Positions 1-10,291 of a DNA stretch of 64,000 bases are shown here, one piece after another. Origin of the DNA: Gemmatimonadota bacterium (GTDB lineage: Bacteria > Gemmatimonadota > Gemmatimonadetes > Gemmatimonadales > Gemmatimonadaceae); assembly GCA_052389935.1 (NCBI GenBank), contig JBQTHK010000032.1:48084-112083 (forward strand). Reading direction: 5' to 3'. Position 1 is the stretch's first letter. The number at the start of each line of letters is the position of its first letter. The translations under genes and the position numbers were made by a program. A model generated the notes under the pieces. The model did not search any database, was not told the origin of the DNA, and saw nothing but the letters and a program-made list of their open reading frames with translations.

Positions 1-906
1 CCTGTCGAGAACACCGAGCAACGTGCCCGAGTTCTCGCCAGACCGTGCCGCTCCCGGATTCATCAGCGTCTCCACCAGCTCGAGATTCCGGCGCGTCATT
101 TCATCCAGCGACATGACCGTGTCCGTTCTCTCCAGCACAGGTTTCGCCAACTGAGGAATGCCGGCAGGTTGAAGCTCGCGCAGGTAGCGCAGCAATGCCC
201 CCGCGACCGTGAGCGCCAGCGGATCCTCGCCCAGCCCGGTGCCGTCTGACGGGTGGACCCTGTAGTGCCGGGCAAGCTCCTCGACCGCCAGGTCGGCGTC
301 GAACTCCCGCGGCTCCCGTTCCGTAATCAGGGTGCCATCATGGCTGAGACCGGCCGCGGCGGAATCTCCCTGCGCGGACCTCGCAATGACCAGCTCACGC
401 GGCGCAAAGCGCGAAATCGCCGCTGCCACGTCACGACTCCCCGTGAGAACCACTCTGAAGGTGCCGGTACTCAGATCGGCCGCGGCGACGCCGAACCTGT
501 CTCGGTCACGATGCAGGGCACAGAGGTAGTTGTTGCGCCCCTGATCGAGCAGATCGTCGGCATAGGCGGCCCCGGGCGTGATCGTTTCCACAACCTCGCG
601 GCGCACTATCCCTTTTGCTTCCCGCGGATCTTCTACCTGCTCGCAGATCGCTACCCTGAAGCCCTCCTGTATCAGGCGACGGAGATAATCCGCCATTGCC
701 TTGACCGGCACACCCGCCAGCGGGACCTCGGCCGCCCCGCCGTTGTTCCGCGAAGTCAGCGTCAAGCCGAGTACTCTCGACGCGACCTCTGCATCTTCAT
801 AGAACATCTCGTAGAAATCGCCCATCCGGAACAGCAGAATCGCATCCTGATGCCGTACCTTGATATCGCGATACTGCTGCATCAGCGGTGTAGTGTCCCG
901 GCTCAT
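1..906 (-). CDS. mutS: DNA mismatch repair protein MutS, N-terminal ~302 aa (gene runs off the window start)
   Basis: Own minus-strand translation from the ATG at 906: MSRDTTPLMQQYRDIKVRHQDAILLFRMGDFYEMFYEDAEVASRVLGLTLTSR..., the canonical MutS domain I signature. Absent from the ORF track because there is no stop inside the window. The ATG overlaps the stop of the upstream gene (ATGA). Confidence 0.9.
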   Translation of the reverse strand, partial: MSRDTTPLMQQYRDIKVRHQDAILLFRMGDFYEMFYEDAEVASRVLGLTLTSRNNGGAAEVPLAGVPVKAMADYLRRLIQEGFRVAICEQVEDPREAKGIVRREVVETITPGAAYADDLLDQGRNNYLCALHRDRDRFGVAAADLSTGTFRVVLTGSRDVAAAISRFAPRELVIARSAQGDSAAAGLSHDGTLITEREPREFDADLAVEELARHYRVHPSDGTGLGEDPLALTVAGALLRYLRELQPAGIPQLAKPVLERTDTVMSLDEMTRRNLELVETLMNPGAARSGENSGTLLGVLDR

Positions 907-1736
907 CGGGGCTCGGCCTCCACCACCATTCCAGTCACGTTGGAACGCTTCATTCTTACCAGCGCCGCCTCGGCCGCCTCGCGCGACCCGTAGCGGCCAA
1001 TCCGCACCCGATACGGCGCCCGATCGCCTGCCACTCGCACCTGAAAACCTCTCCGGCGCAACCGATCACCGAGCGCGGCCGCGTCACTGCGCCGCGAGTA
1101 AGCAGCCACCTGCACTGAAAATTCGGCAACCGCGCTAGTCGTACTGAGAGTGTCGATCACCGTGCGTGCCGTATCGGCCTGCAGTGTCATCGCCGCCTGG
1201 CAGCGACTCCTCAGGTATTCGATCTCGTTTCTCAGCTCGATGTCGGACGCCCGTCTGCTGCCGATCGCCAGAGTGGCGCAGCCTTTCCCCGTATCGCCGT
1301 CAGCCAATGCCATTCGACCCGCCCACAGCGCGGCCCTGGCTGTGTTTTCGCTCTCGGGAAACTCGAGAACCAGTCGTTCGAATTGCCGCCTCGCGCCCGC
1401 GTTGTCCTGCCGCGCCATACGAAACTGCCCCGAGAGAAACAGCGCCTCCTCGAGGCGCGCCGATCTCGGAAACTCGATCGTCAGGCGAAGGTAGTCTCGT
1501 TCGGCTGCAACGGCGTCCGATGATGCAAAAGCCCGCGCGAACAGCGCTTCGGCATAAAGCTCCGATCCCGACGGTGCAGCGTTCATCGCCGAGTCAGCCA
1601 GCGCACGAGCTCTCGGCCGGTTGCCGGAATTGACGAGCTCCTGGACCCGCGGGAAGATCGACCCTCTCGCCTGCGAAGCGGCACCCGATGCCCAGAACAC
1701 CAGCACCAGCACAGCCAATCGCCTGAGCGCGCGCAT
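903..1736 (-). CDS. SPOR-domain protein with TPR-like repeats and N-terminal signal/anchor
   Basis: The C-terminus (FSVQVAAYSRRSDAAALGDRLRRRGFQVRVAGDRAPYRVRIGRYGSREAAEAAL) is a typical SPOR peptidoglycan-binding domain. The internal ATG at 1736 (MRALRRLAVLVLVFW...) lies 1 nt after the holA stop, so I prefer it to the track start at 1775. Confidence 0.75.
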   Translation of the reverse strand: MRALRRLAVLVLVFWASGAASQARGSIFPRVQELVNSGNRPRARALADSAMNAAPSGSELYAEALFARAFASSDAVAAERDYLRLTIEFPRSARLEEALFLSGQFRMARQDNAGARRQFERLVLEFPESENTARAALWAGRMALADGDTGKGCATLAIGSRRASDIELRNEIEYLRSRCQAAMTLQADTARTVIDTLSTTSAVAEFSVQVAAYSRRSDAAALGDRLRRRGFQVRVAGDRAPYRVRIGRYGSREAAEAALVRMKRSNVTGMVVEAEPR

Positions 1737-1737
1737 C

Positions 1738-2802
1738 CTACGCTGCACTCCTCTCTTTTCCGTCGGCGACGGCACACATGGCGCAGACGAGATTGCCCAG
1801 GATCTGACTGTCGGTGGAATAGCGCGAGTCTTTCGCGTTCTGGTCCGCCAGGCGCAGCGCCCTCATCGCCGACTCGAGTGAAGTCCGGTCCCAGTTGGGA
1901 ACTGCCCGCGACCATGCCCTCACTGCTTCGCCCCACGGCCGCATCGTCAGAGCGCCAGTCTCCTTGAGAAGCCTGAACAGTTCGTTCTGCAGCTGGTGCG
2001 CCGGTACACCGCTGTCCGCGAGACCGCGGACGTAGCTGATTCCAAGAGTTTGTGTAGTCAGCCCCATGAGGATAGTGACGACGTTCGTCCGTGGCTGAGC
2101 CAGTACTTCATCAAGCATTGCCAACGCAGCGCCGGCATCGCGAGCAGCGATGGCGTCCAGGAGGGCCGCCGAGCCCGCACCCTGCCTTTCGCCCACCAGA
2201 CTCGCGACGTCACTCGCACTGATTACAGCACCGAGCGTGTAGTTCACAAGCTTCTCGAGTTCCGTCGACAATTCGCCGCTCGAGAGCCCTGCGCTGACCA
2301 GTGCCCTCTTTGCGTCAGTGGCGATCCCGGCTCCCCCGAGCTCTCCAACTCTCTCTTCGATCCATCGCGAGAGCTCGGCTGGCGCCAGCTCGCCCACAAC
2401 CACCTTTCTCGCTGCGTCCCCCGCAAACTCCAGAGGTTCGGGTCCGGTCGCCAGGAGAACAAGGGTCGTGTCACGTGCGGGCCGGCCCAGATACTTCTCC
2501 AGCTCCGCCTTGCTGTCCTTTTTGAGAGAACCTGCATCACGAACGACGATGACCCGCCTTTCCGCCATTAGTGGAGGCGTTCCCAGCATCGAACCGAGCG
2601 CTTCCGCGCTGATTTCTCCACCCCTCACGAGATCGAGGTTGAAGTCCCGCGTGGCCTCGGCTGTGGCCGCCCCGATGATATCCCGCACAAGGGCTTCCTT
2701 GCGGTACTCGTCCGACCCCTGGATGACATACACCGGATCAAAGTCGCGCCCCGCAATACGTGCGCGCAGGCGGGCGATCGGGTCCGACTCCCCGGCTCTC
2801 AT
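1738..2802 (-). CDS. holA: DNA polymerase III subunit delta
   Basis: 354 aa. The N-terminus (DPVYVIQGSDEYRKEALVRDIIG) and overall length fit HolA. Operon context with mutS. Confidence 0.75.
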   Translation of the reverse strand: MRAGESDPIARLRARIAGRDFDPVYVIQGSDEYRKEALVRDIIGAATAEATRDFNLDLVRGGEISAEALGSMLGTPPLMAERRVIVVRDAGSLKKDSKAELEKYLGRPARDTTLVLLATGPEPLEFAGDAARKVVVGELAPAELSRWIEERVGELGGAGIATDAKRALVSAGLSSGELSTELEKLVNYTLGAVISASDVASLVGERQGAGSAALLDAIAARDAGAALAMLDEVLAQPRTNVVTILMGLTTQTLGISYVRGLADSGVPAHQLQNELFRLLKETGALTMRPWGEAVRAWSRAVPNWDRTSLESAMRALRLADQNAKDSRYSTDSQILGNLVCAMCAVADGKERSAA

Positions 2803-2854
2803 GGTCGCTGAAATATAGCCCGCCTCACCGAAGCGGGTCGCGATCGACGGCCTT

Positions 2855-3397
2855 CTACCGGTCGATCAAGGCAACGCGCTGAGGCTCGGCTGTGCTATCC
2901 GCCTGCGGCGACGCCCCTTGTACCTCGTCCACGAGCATCAGCGCTGGAAGGATTGCCATCCCGCTGGCGAATGAGGCAACGAAGGCCGGTGTAGCTTCGC
3001 CCGACCCGTACACTCGGCCGACTGACGTTTCGAGTGGACTCATCAGGGGCGTGAGCGTCGGCGCCGAGTTCATGCGAACGGCAGCCAGGGCCAGCAACGA
3101 GAGGGCCGTGCCCACAACCAAGGGCGCCCCAAGTGGTCTCAGCGCCCCGGCCAGCGATGTCGCCGGTCGATTCCGTTCTTCAGCCAGACGCCCGGCCAGC
3201 CTTAATGAAAATTCCGACGAAGGCTGGATCCGTGGAGCGTTGTTTCGAGCAATGAGGAGGCTGCGTCGAACGCGCTGATCGAGTCTCGAGCAGGCCGCGC
3301 ATTCCCGCAGATGCAACTCCATCTGTACCAAATCGACACCAGGCAGGGTGTCATCTACGAACGAGACGTGGCGCTTTCTGAACGAGCGACAATCCAT
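2855..3397 (-). CDS. anti-sigma factor, zf-HC2 type, single TM
   Basis: H-x3-C-x2-C motif (HLRECAAC) near the N-terminus and a central hydrophobic helix. Lies directly downstream of an ECF sigma gene. Confidence 0.65.
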   Translation of the reverse strand: MDCRSFRKRHVSFVDDTLPGVDLVQMELHLRECAACSRLDQRVRRSLLIARNNAPRIQPSSEFSLRLAGRLAEERNRPATSLAGALRPLGAPLVVGTALSLLALAAVRMNSAPTLTPLMSPLETSVGRVYGSGEATPAFVASFASGMAILPALMLVDEVQGASPQADSTAEPQRVALIDR

Positions 3398-3516
3398 TTG
3401 GGCCGGTGATGATGTCCAGACTTACCCAGCCCCTCATAGGGGGTTCCCCAAAGTGTCTCTAAAGACATAGTCCGGCCAGCCTCGGTGTCAGGCTGACCGG
3501 TCAGGGTGTCCACCGG

Positions 3517-4155
3517 CTATCGCAGTGACGGCTCGATGACAGCGGCGAAAGCGTTGCGGGCGCGGTTGAGTCGCGATTTGACCGTTCCCAGGTTGCAGGA
3601 CGTGATTTCGGCGATCTCCTCGTACGACTTCCCTTCGAGTTCCCGCAGAACGAAGACCTGTCGGTGATGTTCTGGCAGCTGGCCCACCGCGTTTTCAACC
3701 AGCTCGCGGAGGTGGCGTTTTCTGAACAGATCGTCCGGCCGCGTTTCCGGATCCTCGAACTGCAGAGGCCGGTCGTCGTCCTGCCAGTTCTTGCGGATCG
3801 TTTGAAACAGAACGAGAGGATTTCTCGATCGATTGCGTAATTCGTTCTTGGCGAGGTTGGATGCGATCGTGTAGATCCAGGTCGAGAACTTCTTGGAGCG
3901 ATCAAAGCGTCGGATGTGCCTGTAGACGCGAATGAACACTTCCTGCACAAGGTCCTCGGCGCGCTCCCGGTCGCTTATTGTGCGGTAGATGAAGTTGAGC
4001 AGTCGAGCCTGGTAGCGTTCCACAAGCTCCTGGAACGCGCGCTCTTCACCCGCGAGGAAAGCCCCGACCACACCCGCATCGTCGAGCTGCCTGAGCTGCT
4101 CGCGTAGCGCTGTCGAGGGTGAAATGCCTGTCGATTTGAGGGCAACGTCAGACAT
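3517..4155 (-). CDS. ECF-type RNA polymerase sigma-70 family factor
   Basis: Sigma region 2 (LVQEVFIRVYRHIRRFD, FSTWIYTIASNLAKN) and region 4 (SYEEIAEITSCNLGTVKSRLNRAR). The ATG at 4155 is preceded by GGAG, so I prefer it to the track start at 4257. Confidence 0.85.
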   Translation of the reverse strand: MSDVALKSTGISPSTALREQLRQLDDAGVVGAFLAGEERAFQELVERYQARLLNFIYRTISDRERAEDLVQEVFIRVYRHIRRFDRSKKFSTWIYTIASNLAKNELRNRSRNPLVLFQTIRKNWQDDDRPLQFEDPETRPDDLFRKRHLRELVENAVGQLPEHHRQVFVLRELEGKSYEEIAEITSCNLGTVKSRLNRARNAFAAVIEPSLR

Positions 4156-4388
4156 GGTGTTCTCCGCCTCTCTTACGGTTACGGGTCCTGCAACGGATTG
4201 GACCCAGTTTGCGCAGAGTAGGGTTGGCAGACGCCATGCCCCTGCCATCAGCGACATCCTGCCTTGACGTAAGTGGATGTCAGTCAGCGAGTTCCGAAAG
4301 TATCCCCTGCCGGACTCGTCCGTCCGCTCAGCCCGCGTGTCCCCTGCTGAGGACGTCGTGGCGCTCGCTCATTCTCTCCTGGAGGACG

Positions 4389-4937
4389 TCACATTCCAGC
4401 GATTCGCCCAGCCAGGAGAATGAGCGTGGCCGTCTTCGCGTCGACGATGCCACCACTCTCGACCATCGCCAGAGCTTCTGACAGAGAAGTCTCGACGGTT
4501 TCAAGAAACTCGTCAGGCTCATGCCGCGTTTCGCCCGCCGTCAAACCCTCGGCCACGAAGAGGTGGATCCGCTCGTCGGTGAAGCCGGGGGTCGTGTAAA
4601 TGGTTGTCAGATGCCGAATCGTTTGCGCGGTACAGCCTGTTTCCTCCCGCAGTTCCCTTCTCGCGCACTCTTCCGGTATCTCGGCCGGATCAAGACGGCC
4701 CGCGGGGACCTCATACAACCTTCCCTCTGCAGCGTATCTGTACTGCCTGATGAGGAGTAGACGGGGGGCGGGGTCGTGAAGTGTTGTGAGGACGGGCAAG
4801 ATCGCCGACGCTCCCGAGTGGCGGATCATTTCGAGTTCGCCGGTCGATCCATCCGGAAAACGGACGTGATCAATGTCCAGATTGAGAACCCGACCGGTGT
4901 GGATTCGCCTGCTGTCAAGCTTTGGCTGGTTGCTCAT
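4389..4937 (-). CDS. NUDIX hydrolase (ADP-ribose pyrophosphatase-like)
   Basis: Nudix box G-x5-E-x7-REL-x-EETG (GRLDPAEIPEECARRELREETG). 4-nt overlap with the upstream M16 gene. Confidence 0.85.
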   Translation of the reverse strand: MSNQPKLDSRRIHTGRVLNLDIDHVRFPDGSTGELEMIRHSGASAILPVLTTLHDPAPRLLLIRQYRYAAEGRLYEVPAGRLDPAEIPEECARRELREETGCTAQTIRHLTTIYTTPGFTDERIHLFVAEGLTAGETRHEPDEFLETVETSLSEALAMVESGGIVDAKTATLILLAGRIAGM

Positions 4938-6298
4938 TCTGCCCCTTCACCTTCGCCACGACTTCCCCACTGTGCGACTTCTCCGTATCGCTCGAGTTGA
5001 CCAACGATCGGCGCGGTGTCACCGACGACGATCAGCTGGCCTCGCTCCGGAGCGAGGTGCTCGCCAGCCACCCTCAGCACCTCATCGCGCGTGACGGCCG
5101 CTACCCGGTCGCGGTATCGGTCGAAGTAGTCGTGCTCCAGCTGGAAGCTCTCTCGCGACGCGACTGCGGTTGCAATTGCCTCCGTGGTCTCGAAGCGGAT
5201 GGGAAAGACACCAACGAGGTACGAAATCGCCAGCGACAACTCCTCGTCGGAAACGGGTGACTCGCGCATTCTATCGATCTCCGCAAGAATCTCGTCGATT
5301 GCTCCGATAGTAGCGTCGCTGCGGACTGCGGTGGAAGCCTCGAACAGGCTCACATGGCGCCTCCACTCCAACGTCGTGAAGGCGCCGTACGTCCAGGCCC
5401 GGCGTTCGCGAAGGTTGAGATTTATGCGCGAGTTGAAGAGGCCGCCGAGAATGGCATTCATGACCGTTAGCGCGTAGAAGTCCGGGTGAGAACGCCTGAC
5501 GGAAGGATGCCCGAAGCGGATTTCCGATTGTGGTGCTCCGGATCTCCTGACAGTCACGACACGACGCTGGCTGCTCGCTGAACCGGACGCCAGTGCCGCC
5601 GACGCTGCTGCGCCGGGAGCGGGCCAGTGGAGACCACGGCAGTACCTTTCGAGGTCAGCCGTGGTTACGTCACCGGCTGCGATAACGGTCGTGGCGCCGT
5701 CTGTGAAACACCTCTGGTGAAAGCGGCGGACATCTTCTGGTTGAAGCGCGGCGACGTGGTTCGCGTCGCCGCCCCGAGGGAGTCCATTTCGGTGACCTGG
5801 GAACAACGCAAGGAGGAATGCGCGATCGGCGATGGAGCGCGGCTCGGCCTCCAGGAGGCTTAGCTCCGCGAGGCGTTCATCACGGAGTCGGACGCTACCG
5901 CGCTCCGGGAGGGTTGGACGTCCGAGTATGTCGGCAATCAGCTCGATAGCGCCCGCGAGGTTCTCGCGGAGTACAGTAATTGAGCTGGAGACGTTGACCC
6001 ACGACGCCTCGGACTCGACCTCTGCGCCGAGTCTTTCCGAGCGTGAAGCAAGCTGGTCGGCATCGCCACCACACACCCCTTCCGTAAGGACTGAAGCGGT
6101 CAGTGCCGCAAGTCCCGACTCGGTGATAGCCTCTCGTTCGGCCCCGGCGTCAACACTCGCGAGAACCGTAACGACGGGTGCTCCCGGTACCCCGACTGCA
6201 ATAAGTCTGGGGCCGTTTTCCTGCGTCGCAGTTTCCGCAGGTGGAAAGGTGTAGGGCCGACTTGGGCCTGGTTCGGGTCTCCCGTAGTCAGCTTGCAC
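4934..6298 (-). CDS. M16 (pitrilysin/insulinase) family peptidase, subunit without HxxEH
   Basis: M16 C-terminal-type domains and pairing with the adjacent HxxEH subunit. The GTG at 6298 overlaps the upstream stop by 11 nt; the track start at 6355 overlaps by 68 nt. Confidence 0.8.
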   Translation of the reverse strand: MQADYGRPEPGPSRPYTFPPAETATQENGPRLIAVGVPGAPVVTVLASVDAGAEREAITESGLAALTASVLTEGVCGGDADQLASRSERLGAEVESEASWVNVSSSITVLRENLAGAIELIADILGRPTLPERGSVRLRDERLAELSLLEAEPRSIADRAFLLALFPGHRNGLPRGGDANHVAALQPEDVRRFHQRCFTDGATTVIAAGDVTTADLERYCRGLHWPAPGAAASAALASGSASSQRRVVTVRRSGAPQSEIRFGHPSVRRSHPDFYALTVMNAILGGLFNSRINLNLRERRAWTYGAFTTLEWRRHVSLFEASTAVRSDATIGAIDEILAEIDRMRESPVSDEELSLAISYLVGVFPIRFETTEAIATAVASRESFQLEHDYFDRYRDRVAAVTRDEVLRVAGEHLAPERGQLIVVGDTAPIVGQLERYGEVAQWGSRGEGEGAE

Positions 6299-7571
6299 TC
6301 GAACCTGGGGCCGGTGTGTAGATGAGTGATATCCGATTGTTCCTGCCGAGTACATGAGCTGCCTGCCGCGCCAGCGCCTCAGCGTCGACGCTCCTCAGCC
6401 CGGCCAGCAGCCCGTAGACCGCGCCGGGATCATCGAAGTAGGTTGCTGCCATTGAGAGTTTGTCAGCGTGCTCCTGCGCAGCCTGGAGTTCCACTATCTC
6501 CTCGGTCGTCGTCAGCGTTATCGCCCGCTCCGTCTCGTCCGCATCAGCGCCCTCGCGCATGAGTCGGTCGACCTCGCTTACCGTGGCCTCTTCCAGTTCC
6601 CCGGCGGCGACTCCGGGCCGGCCTGTGGCGTCCACCACAAGGAGGTCGGCTCCCTTCGCCAGATCGAACGTGAAGGCCGTCACGGCAGTGGCCATACCCT
6701 CTTCGCGCATGAGCCTCCGCTGCATGCGGCTTCCCCGTCCGCCCCCGAGAATGGTCGCAAGCAGAGTCGCAGCGCGGTGGCTGTGCGTGCCGAAGGGTTC
6801 GATCCTGAAGGCGAGGAAAAGCCGGGCTGCAGCCACTTCGTCTTCCACAATCTCGCGCTTCCACTCGCCGAAGTGTCTGGGTACGCTCATGTCGGGAAGA
6901 GGAGTGCGACCTGGCCCTCTCGGGATCGAGCCGAAGTGACGCGAAACCAGTCCGATGGCGTCGGCGGCTACGACGTCCCCCACGATAGAGATCACACAGT
7001 TGTCGGGCGTATACCACGTCGCGAAGAAAGACCGCACATCATCGAGCGTTGCGGCGCTCAGATCCTCCATCGATCCCATCAGAGAGTGGTGAAACGGATG
7101 TCCGGGCGGAAAGGCGAGCGCCGGAAGTTTCTCCCACCACGTCCCATAGGGCTGATTGTCGATACTCCACCGCCGCTCGTTCTTTACCACATCGCGCTGG
7201 GTATCGAGCTTTTCCTGGGTCATTGCCGGGAGGAGTCGCCCCATGCGGTCAGCTTCGAGCCAGAGCGCAAGTTCGAGCTGATTGCTCGGAAGCGTTTCGA
7301 AATAGTTGGTCCGGTCTAGCCACGTCGATCCGTTGAGAGTGCCGCCTGCACGCTGGATCAGTTCGAAGTGTTCGTTGGCGGCAACGTTTTGGGAGCCCTG
7401 GAAAAGCATGTGCTCGAAGAGATGGGCGAATCCTGTTCTCCCCTCGCGCTCATTTGCACTCCCGACGTGATACCAGAGGTTCACCGCCACGATTGGAACG
7501 CGTGGCTCTTCGACGATCGCGACTCGGAGCCCGTTGGGTAATTCATGCCGAACAGGGGGTCGTGATATCAC
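6288..7571 (-). CDS. M16 family zinc peptidase (catalytic-type subunit)
   Basis: Inverted zinc motif HxxEH in GFAHLFEHMLFQGS. 427 aa. Confidence 0.85.
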   Translation of the reverse strand: MISRPPVRHELPNGLRVAIVEEPRVPIVAVNLWYHVGSANEREGRTGFAHLFEHMLFQGSQNVAANEHFELIQRAGGTLNGSTWLDRTNYFETLPSNQLELALWLEADRMGRLLPAMTQEKLDTQRDVVKNERRWSIDNQPYGTWWEKLPALAFPPGHPFHHSLMGSMEDLSAATLDDVRSFFATWYTPDNCVISIVGDVVAADAIGLVSRHFGSIPRGPGRTPLPDMSVPRHFGEWKREIVEDEVAAARLFLAFRIEPFGTHSHRAATLLATILGGGRGSRMQRRLMREEGMATAVTAFTFDLAKGADLLVVDATGRPGVAAGELEEATVSEVDRLMREGADADETERAITLTTTEEIVELQAAQEHADKLSMAATYFDDPGAVYGLLAGLRSVDAEALARQAAHVLGRNNRISLIYTPAPGSSAS

Positions 7572-8194
7572 TTGGCTCCGCGGCGATAACCGAAAGGAAG
7601 ACTCACTCCGTAGAAGGCTTCCGGGTTGAAGCGATCCCGCCGCCCGCTTATTCCTGGATTCGGCGTCAGATTCTGGTGAAGAAGCGCGTACGCTTCGATG
7701 CGTGATAGCGGGCCGCCGAACGCCTCAAAGATTTTTTGTCCCACGAACACGGAGACGTCCAGCTCTACCGCAAGATCACGACCGTACGGCTTCTGGTTGG
7801 CATCGCTCCCACCATCGAGCGTGTATGTGGCCAGCACAGGCATTGCCGCCCTCAACCACCCTCCGGTGTTCCCCGGACCAACGATCGGGAACATGTTGCC
7901 CGCGAACACCATCGGAGCGTTCGCGTTGCCACCGGTACCGCTCCGACCATATGGCGTTACGCTTGCTCCCAGCATCAGTGTCCACAATGACCACCTTGTG
8001 GGAATGAGCCCGGTGAAACGGATGTTGAACCCCGTGCTCGAAGGCTCCTCCGCCGAGACGAAGTCTACCGTCGTCATTCCTGGTTGAATCAGAATCGCTG
8101 GATTCCCCGCTTGCCCTGCCGCTGCGACCGGAAGCAGTAGGGCGAATAGCGACACAGCCACCGCAACGCGGCTGCGGAGGCTCGGCGCTACCAC
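7568..8194 (-). CDS. hypothetical secreted/outer-membrane protein
   Basis: N-terminal signal peptide (VAVAVSLFALLLPVAAAGQAG). High GC3. 4-nt overlaps with both neighbours. Family not recognised. Confidence 0.6.
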   Translation of the reverse strand: MVAPSLRSRVAVAVSLFALLLPVAAAGQAGNPAILIQPGMTTVDFVSAEEPSSTGFNIRFTGLIPTRWSLWTLMLGASVTPYGRSGTGGNANAPMVFAGNMFPIVGPGNTGGWLRAAMPVLATYTLDGGSDANQKPYGRDLAVELDVSVFVGQKIFEAFGGPLSRIEAYALLHQNLTPNPGISGRRDRFNPEAFYGVSLPFGYRRGAK

Positions 8195-8796
8195 AGCGTT
8201 CTCAGCGCCTGTATTGCGGTCCAGGGAACCTTGAGCGACTCGCTGGCCAGGTATCCGATTGCGCTCCTCTGATTGGCGGAAATCGGACTGGTGCGGGTGG
8301 GGGAACTCGCCGACCTGATCCCGTGCCGGCGAGCGATGAGCTCAACTCTTAACATGTGGAAGGGATCAGATACAAAGGTCGCGCTCTCCATATCATGATT
8401 TCGCATGAGCTCGGCAACTGCCGCCATCGATTCCTCGCTGCTTCGCCCCTTGTCCTCCTGCAGCAACGCATTGGACGGTACTCCAAGGCGCCTGAGGTAG
8501 TTGCGTCCCACGGCTGCCTCACTGGTGGTGTCACCGCGGCCCTGGCCGCCAGTAAGGATGACCTTGGGGGCCAGTCCGTTTTTCCATAATGCATGCGCGT
8601 GATCGAGGCGGGCCTTCAGAACCGGTGACGGCTTTCCATCGTACTGAGCGGCACCGAGCACGACAACGACATCTGACGTCCTTGAAGTATCCCGTTTGCT
8701 CCACAGCAGAACGGCGCCGAACGACAGCAGCCAGCCTGTTACGGCGGCGGCCGCGAGATATACGAGCAGGACGCCAACACGGGATCGCTGACGCAT
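8188..8796 (-). CDS. YdcF/ElyC/SanA family (DUF218) protein
   Basis: N-terminal TM helix followed by VVVLGAAQYDGKPSPVLKARLDHAHALWKNGLAPKVILTGGQG, typical of DUF218. Confidence 0.75.
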   Translation of the reverse strand: MRQRSRVGVLLVYLAAAAVTGWLLSFGAVLLWSKRDTSRTSDVVVVLGAAQYDGKPSPVLKARLDHAHALWKNGLAPKVILTGGQGRGDTTSEAAVGRNYLRRLGVPSNALLQEDKGRSSEESMAAVAELMRNHDMESATFVSDPFHMLRVELIARRHGIRSASSPTRTSPISANQRSAIGYLASESLKVPWTAIQALRTLW

Positions 8797-8845
8797 CTCG
8801 GTCGAACAATAGACCCGGGCGTCTCCGCCGCACAGGTCCGGCCGG

Positions 8846-10291
8846 CTATACGACTACCCGATCGCCCCTGGCCGGTGCTGATACCTTGAATCCGTCAGCT
8901 GTGAGTTGCGCGGTGAAGGCTTCCTGCGCTGCGGGTTCGCCGTGGACAAGGTAGACGTTACGGGGAGCGGGCTTCCCCGACCTCACGGTCCGTATCCATT
9001 CATGCAACTCGCGTCGGTCACCATGAGCGCTGTAGCCGTTGATGATTTCCACATTCGCGCGGAGGGGGATCTCCTCGCCAAAGACCTTGATGATCGGCTG
9101 TCGTTCCACGATGCGACGGCCGAGAGTGTGTTCAGCCTGGAATCCGACAATCAGGATTGTATTCCGGGGATCGGTGGCACCGTTGGCGATGTGGTGCACG
9201 ATTCGCCCCGATTCGGCCATCCCTGAAGCCGCGATCACGATCAGCGGGCCCCTCATCGTATTCAGCTGCTTTGATTCGCTCGCGTCTCTCGTATATCTCA
9301 CGAGCTCGAACCGGAACAGCTTCTCGACCTGCTTTACCAGGTCCTCGGCCCGGTCGAGTGAGTCCATGTGCATCTCGAATACAGACGTGGCGTCGATCGC
9401 CAGCGGTGAATCGATGAAGATCGGAATCTCTGGTATTTCGCCGCGACGCGTGAGTTCGTGGAGCTCATAGAGGATCTCCTGCGTTCGACCCACCGCAAAC
9501 GCCGGAATCAGGATCTTTCCTCCACGCGCGGCAGTGACCGTCACGACCTCTGCGAGTCGTGCCTTTGCGTCGTCGACGGTAGGATGGTCGCGATTCCCGT
9601 ATGTCGACTCGAGAATCACCGCATCTGCGCCGAGAGGTGGGGCTGGATCGCGGATGATGGGAAGGCCTGCGCGGCCGACGTCACCCGAAAAAACGAGCCT
9701 CGTATGTTTGCTGCCTTCTTCGCACTCCAGCACGACGGAAGAGCTTCCGAGGATGTGTCCGGCTTCGGTAAAGGTGAGCTGGACGCCAGGCAGAATCTCC
9801 ATCGGGCGGTCATAGCCGACGGTGACCATCAGCTCCAGCGTGCGCGCCGCATCGCGCATGGTGTAAAGTGGTTCGGCGGCTTCGCGATTGCGCTTGCGCA
9901 GGAACTCGGCGTCCTTTTGCTGTATGTGGGCCGAATCCGCGAGCATGTAAGCAGAGAGGTCGCGCGTTGCGGGAGTGGCCCAGATTGTCTTTGAGTAGCC
10001 GCGGTTGACGAGGAACGGCAATCGGCCTGCGTGATCAATGTGCGCATGTGACAGAACGACGGCATCGATTTCGTCAGCCCCAACTGGGAGCTGCCGGTTT
10101 TTTTCCTGTGACTCCGAGCGCTTGCCCTGGAAAAGCCCGAAGTCGAGAGCGATGGTCCGTCCGTTGACGTGCACGAGGTGGCACGAACCAGTTACTTCGC
10201 GAGCTGCGCCGGCAAAAGTGATTTCCACGCTACCCAAGGGCTGAGGTTGGCTATAGTCTGGTGCGCGCGAAAACTGCGTCCCGAAGCTCAT
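8846..10291 (-). CDS. MBL-fold metallo-hydrolase with beta-CASP domain (RNA-metabolising type)
   Basis: [13 protein letters not shown] and the HxHxDH motif ([13 protein letters not shown]). 481 aa. The start may instead be TTG 10237 or GTG 10228. Confidence 0.85.
   Translation of the reverse strand: MSFGTQFSRAPDYSQPQPLGSVEITFAGAAREVTGSCHLVHVNGRTIALDFGLFQGKRSESQEKNRQLPVGADEIDAVVLSHAHIDHAGRLPFLVNRGYSKTIWATPATRDLSAYMLADSAHIQQKDAEFLRKRNREAAEPLYTMRDAARTLELMVTVGYDRPMEILPGVQLTFTEAGHILGSSSVVLECEEGSKHTRLVFSGDVGRAGLPIIRDPAPPLGADAVILESTYGNRDHPTVDDAKARLAEVVTVTAARGGKILIPAFAVGRTQEILYELHELTRRGEIPEIPIFIDSPLAIDATSVFEMHMDSLDRAEDLVKQVEKLFRFELVRYTRDASESKQLNTMRGPLIVIAASGMAESGRIVHHIANGATDPRNTILIVGFQAEHTLGRRIVERQPIIKVFGEEIPLRANVEIINGYSAHGDRRELHEWIRTVRSGKPAPRNVYLVHGEPAAQEAFTAQLTADGFKVSAPARGDRVVV

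Noticed and set aside
253-1138. Plus-strand track ORFs 253..993 (246 aa), 332..529 and 860..1138
   Set aside because: They lie antisense to a clearly recognisable MutS N-terminal coding sequence. They are Arg/Pro/Ala-rich shadow frames typical of high-GC DNA, with no motifs.
4261-4295. Possible ECF-type promoter (GGAAC ... CGTC) on the minus strand upstream of the sigma factor gene
   Set aside because: The spacer between GGAAC and CGTC is 21 nt, against the 16-17 nt typical of ECF promoters. There is no other support.
4934-7571. Two separate M16 peptidase gene pairs in one window (here and at 52624-55379), considered as a possible duplication or novel system
   Set aside because: Paired HxxEH and non-catalytic M16 subunits are a common housekeeping arrangement. 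The two pairs differ clearly in sequence and context, so this is not a recent duplication or an unusual system.
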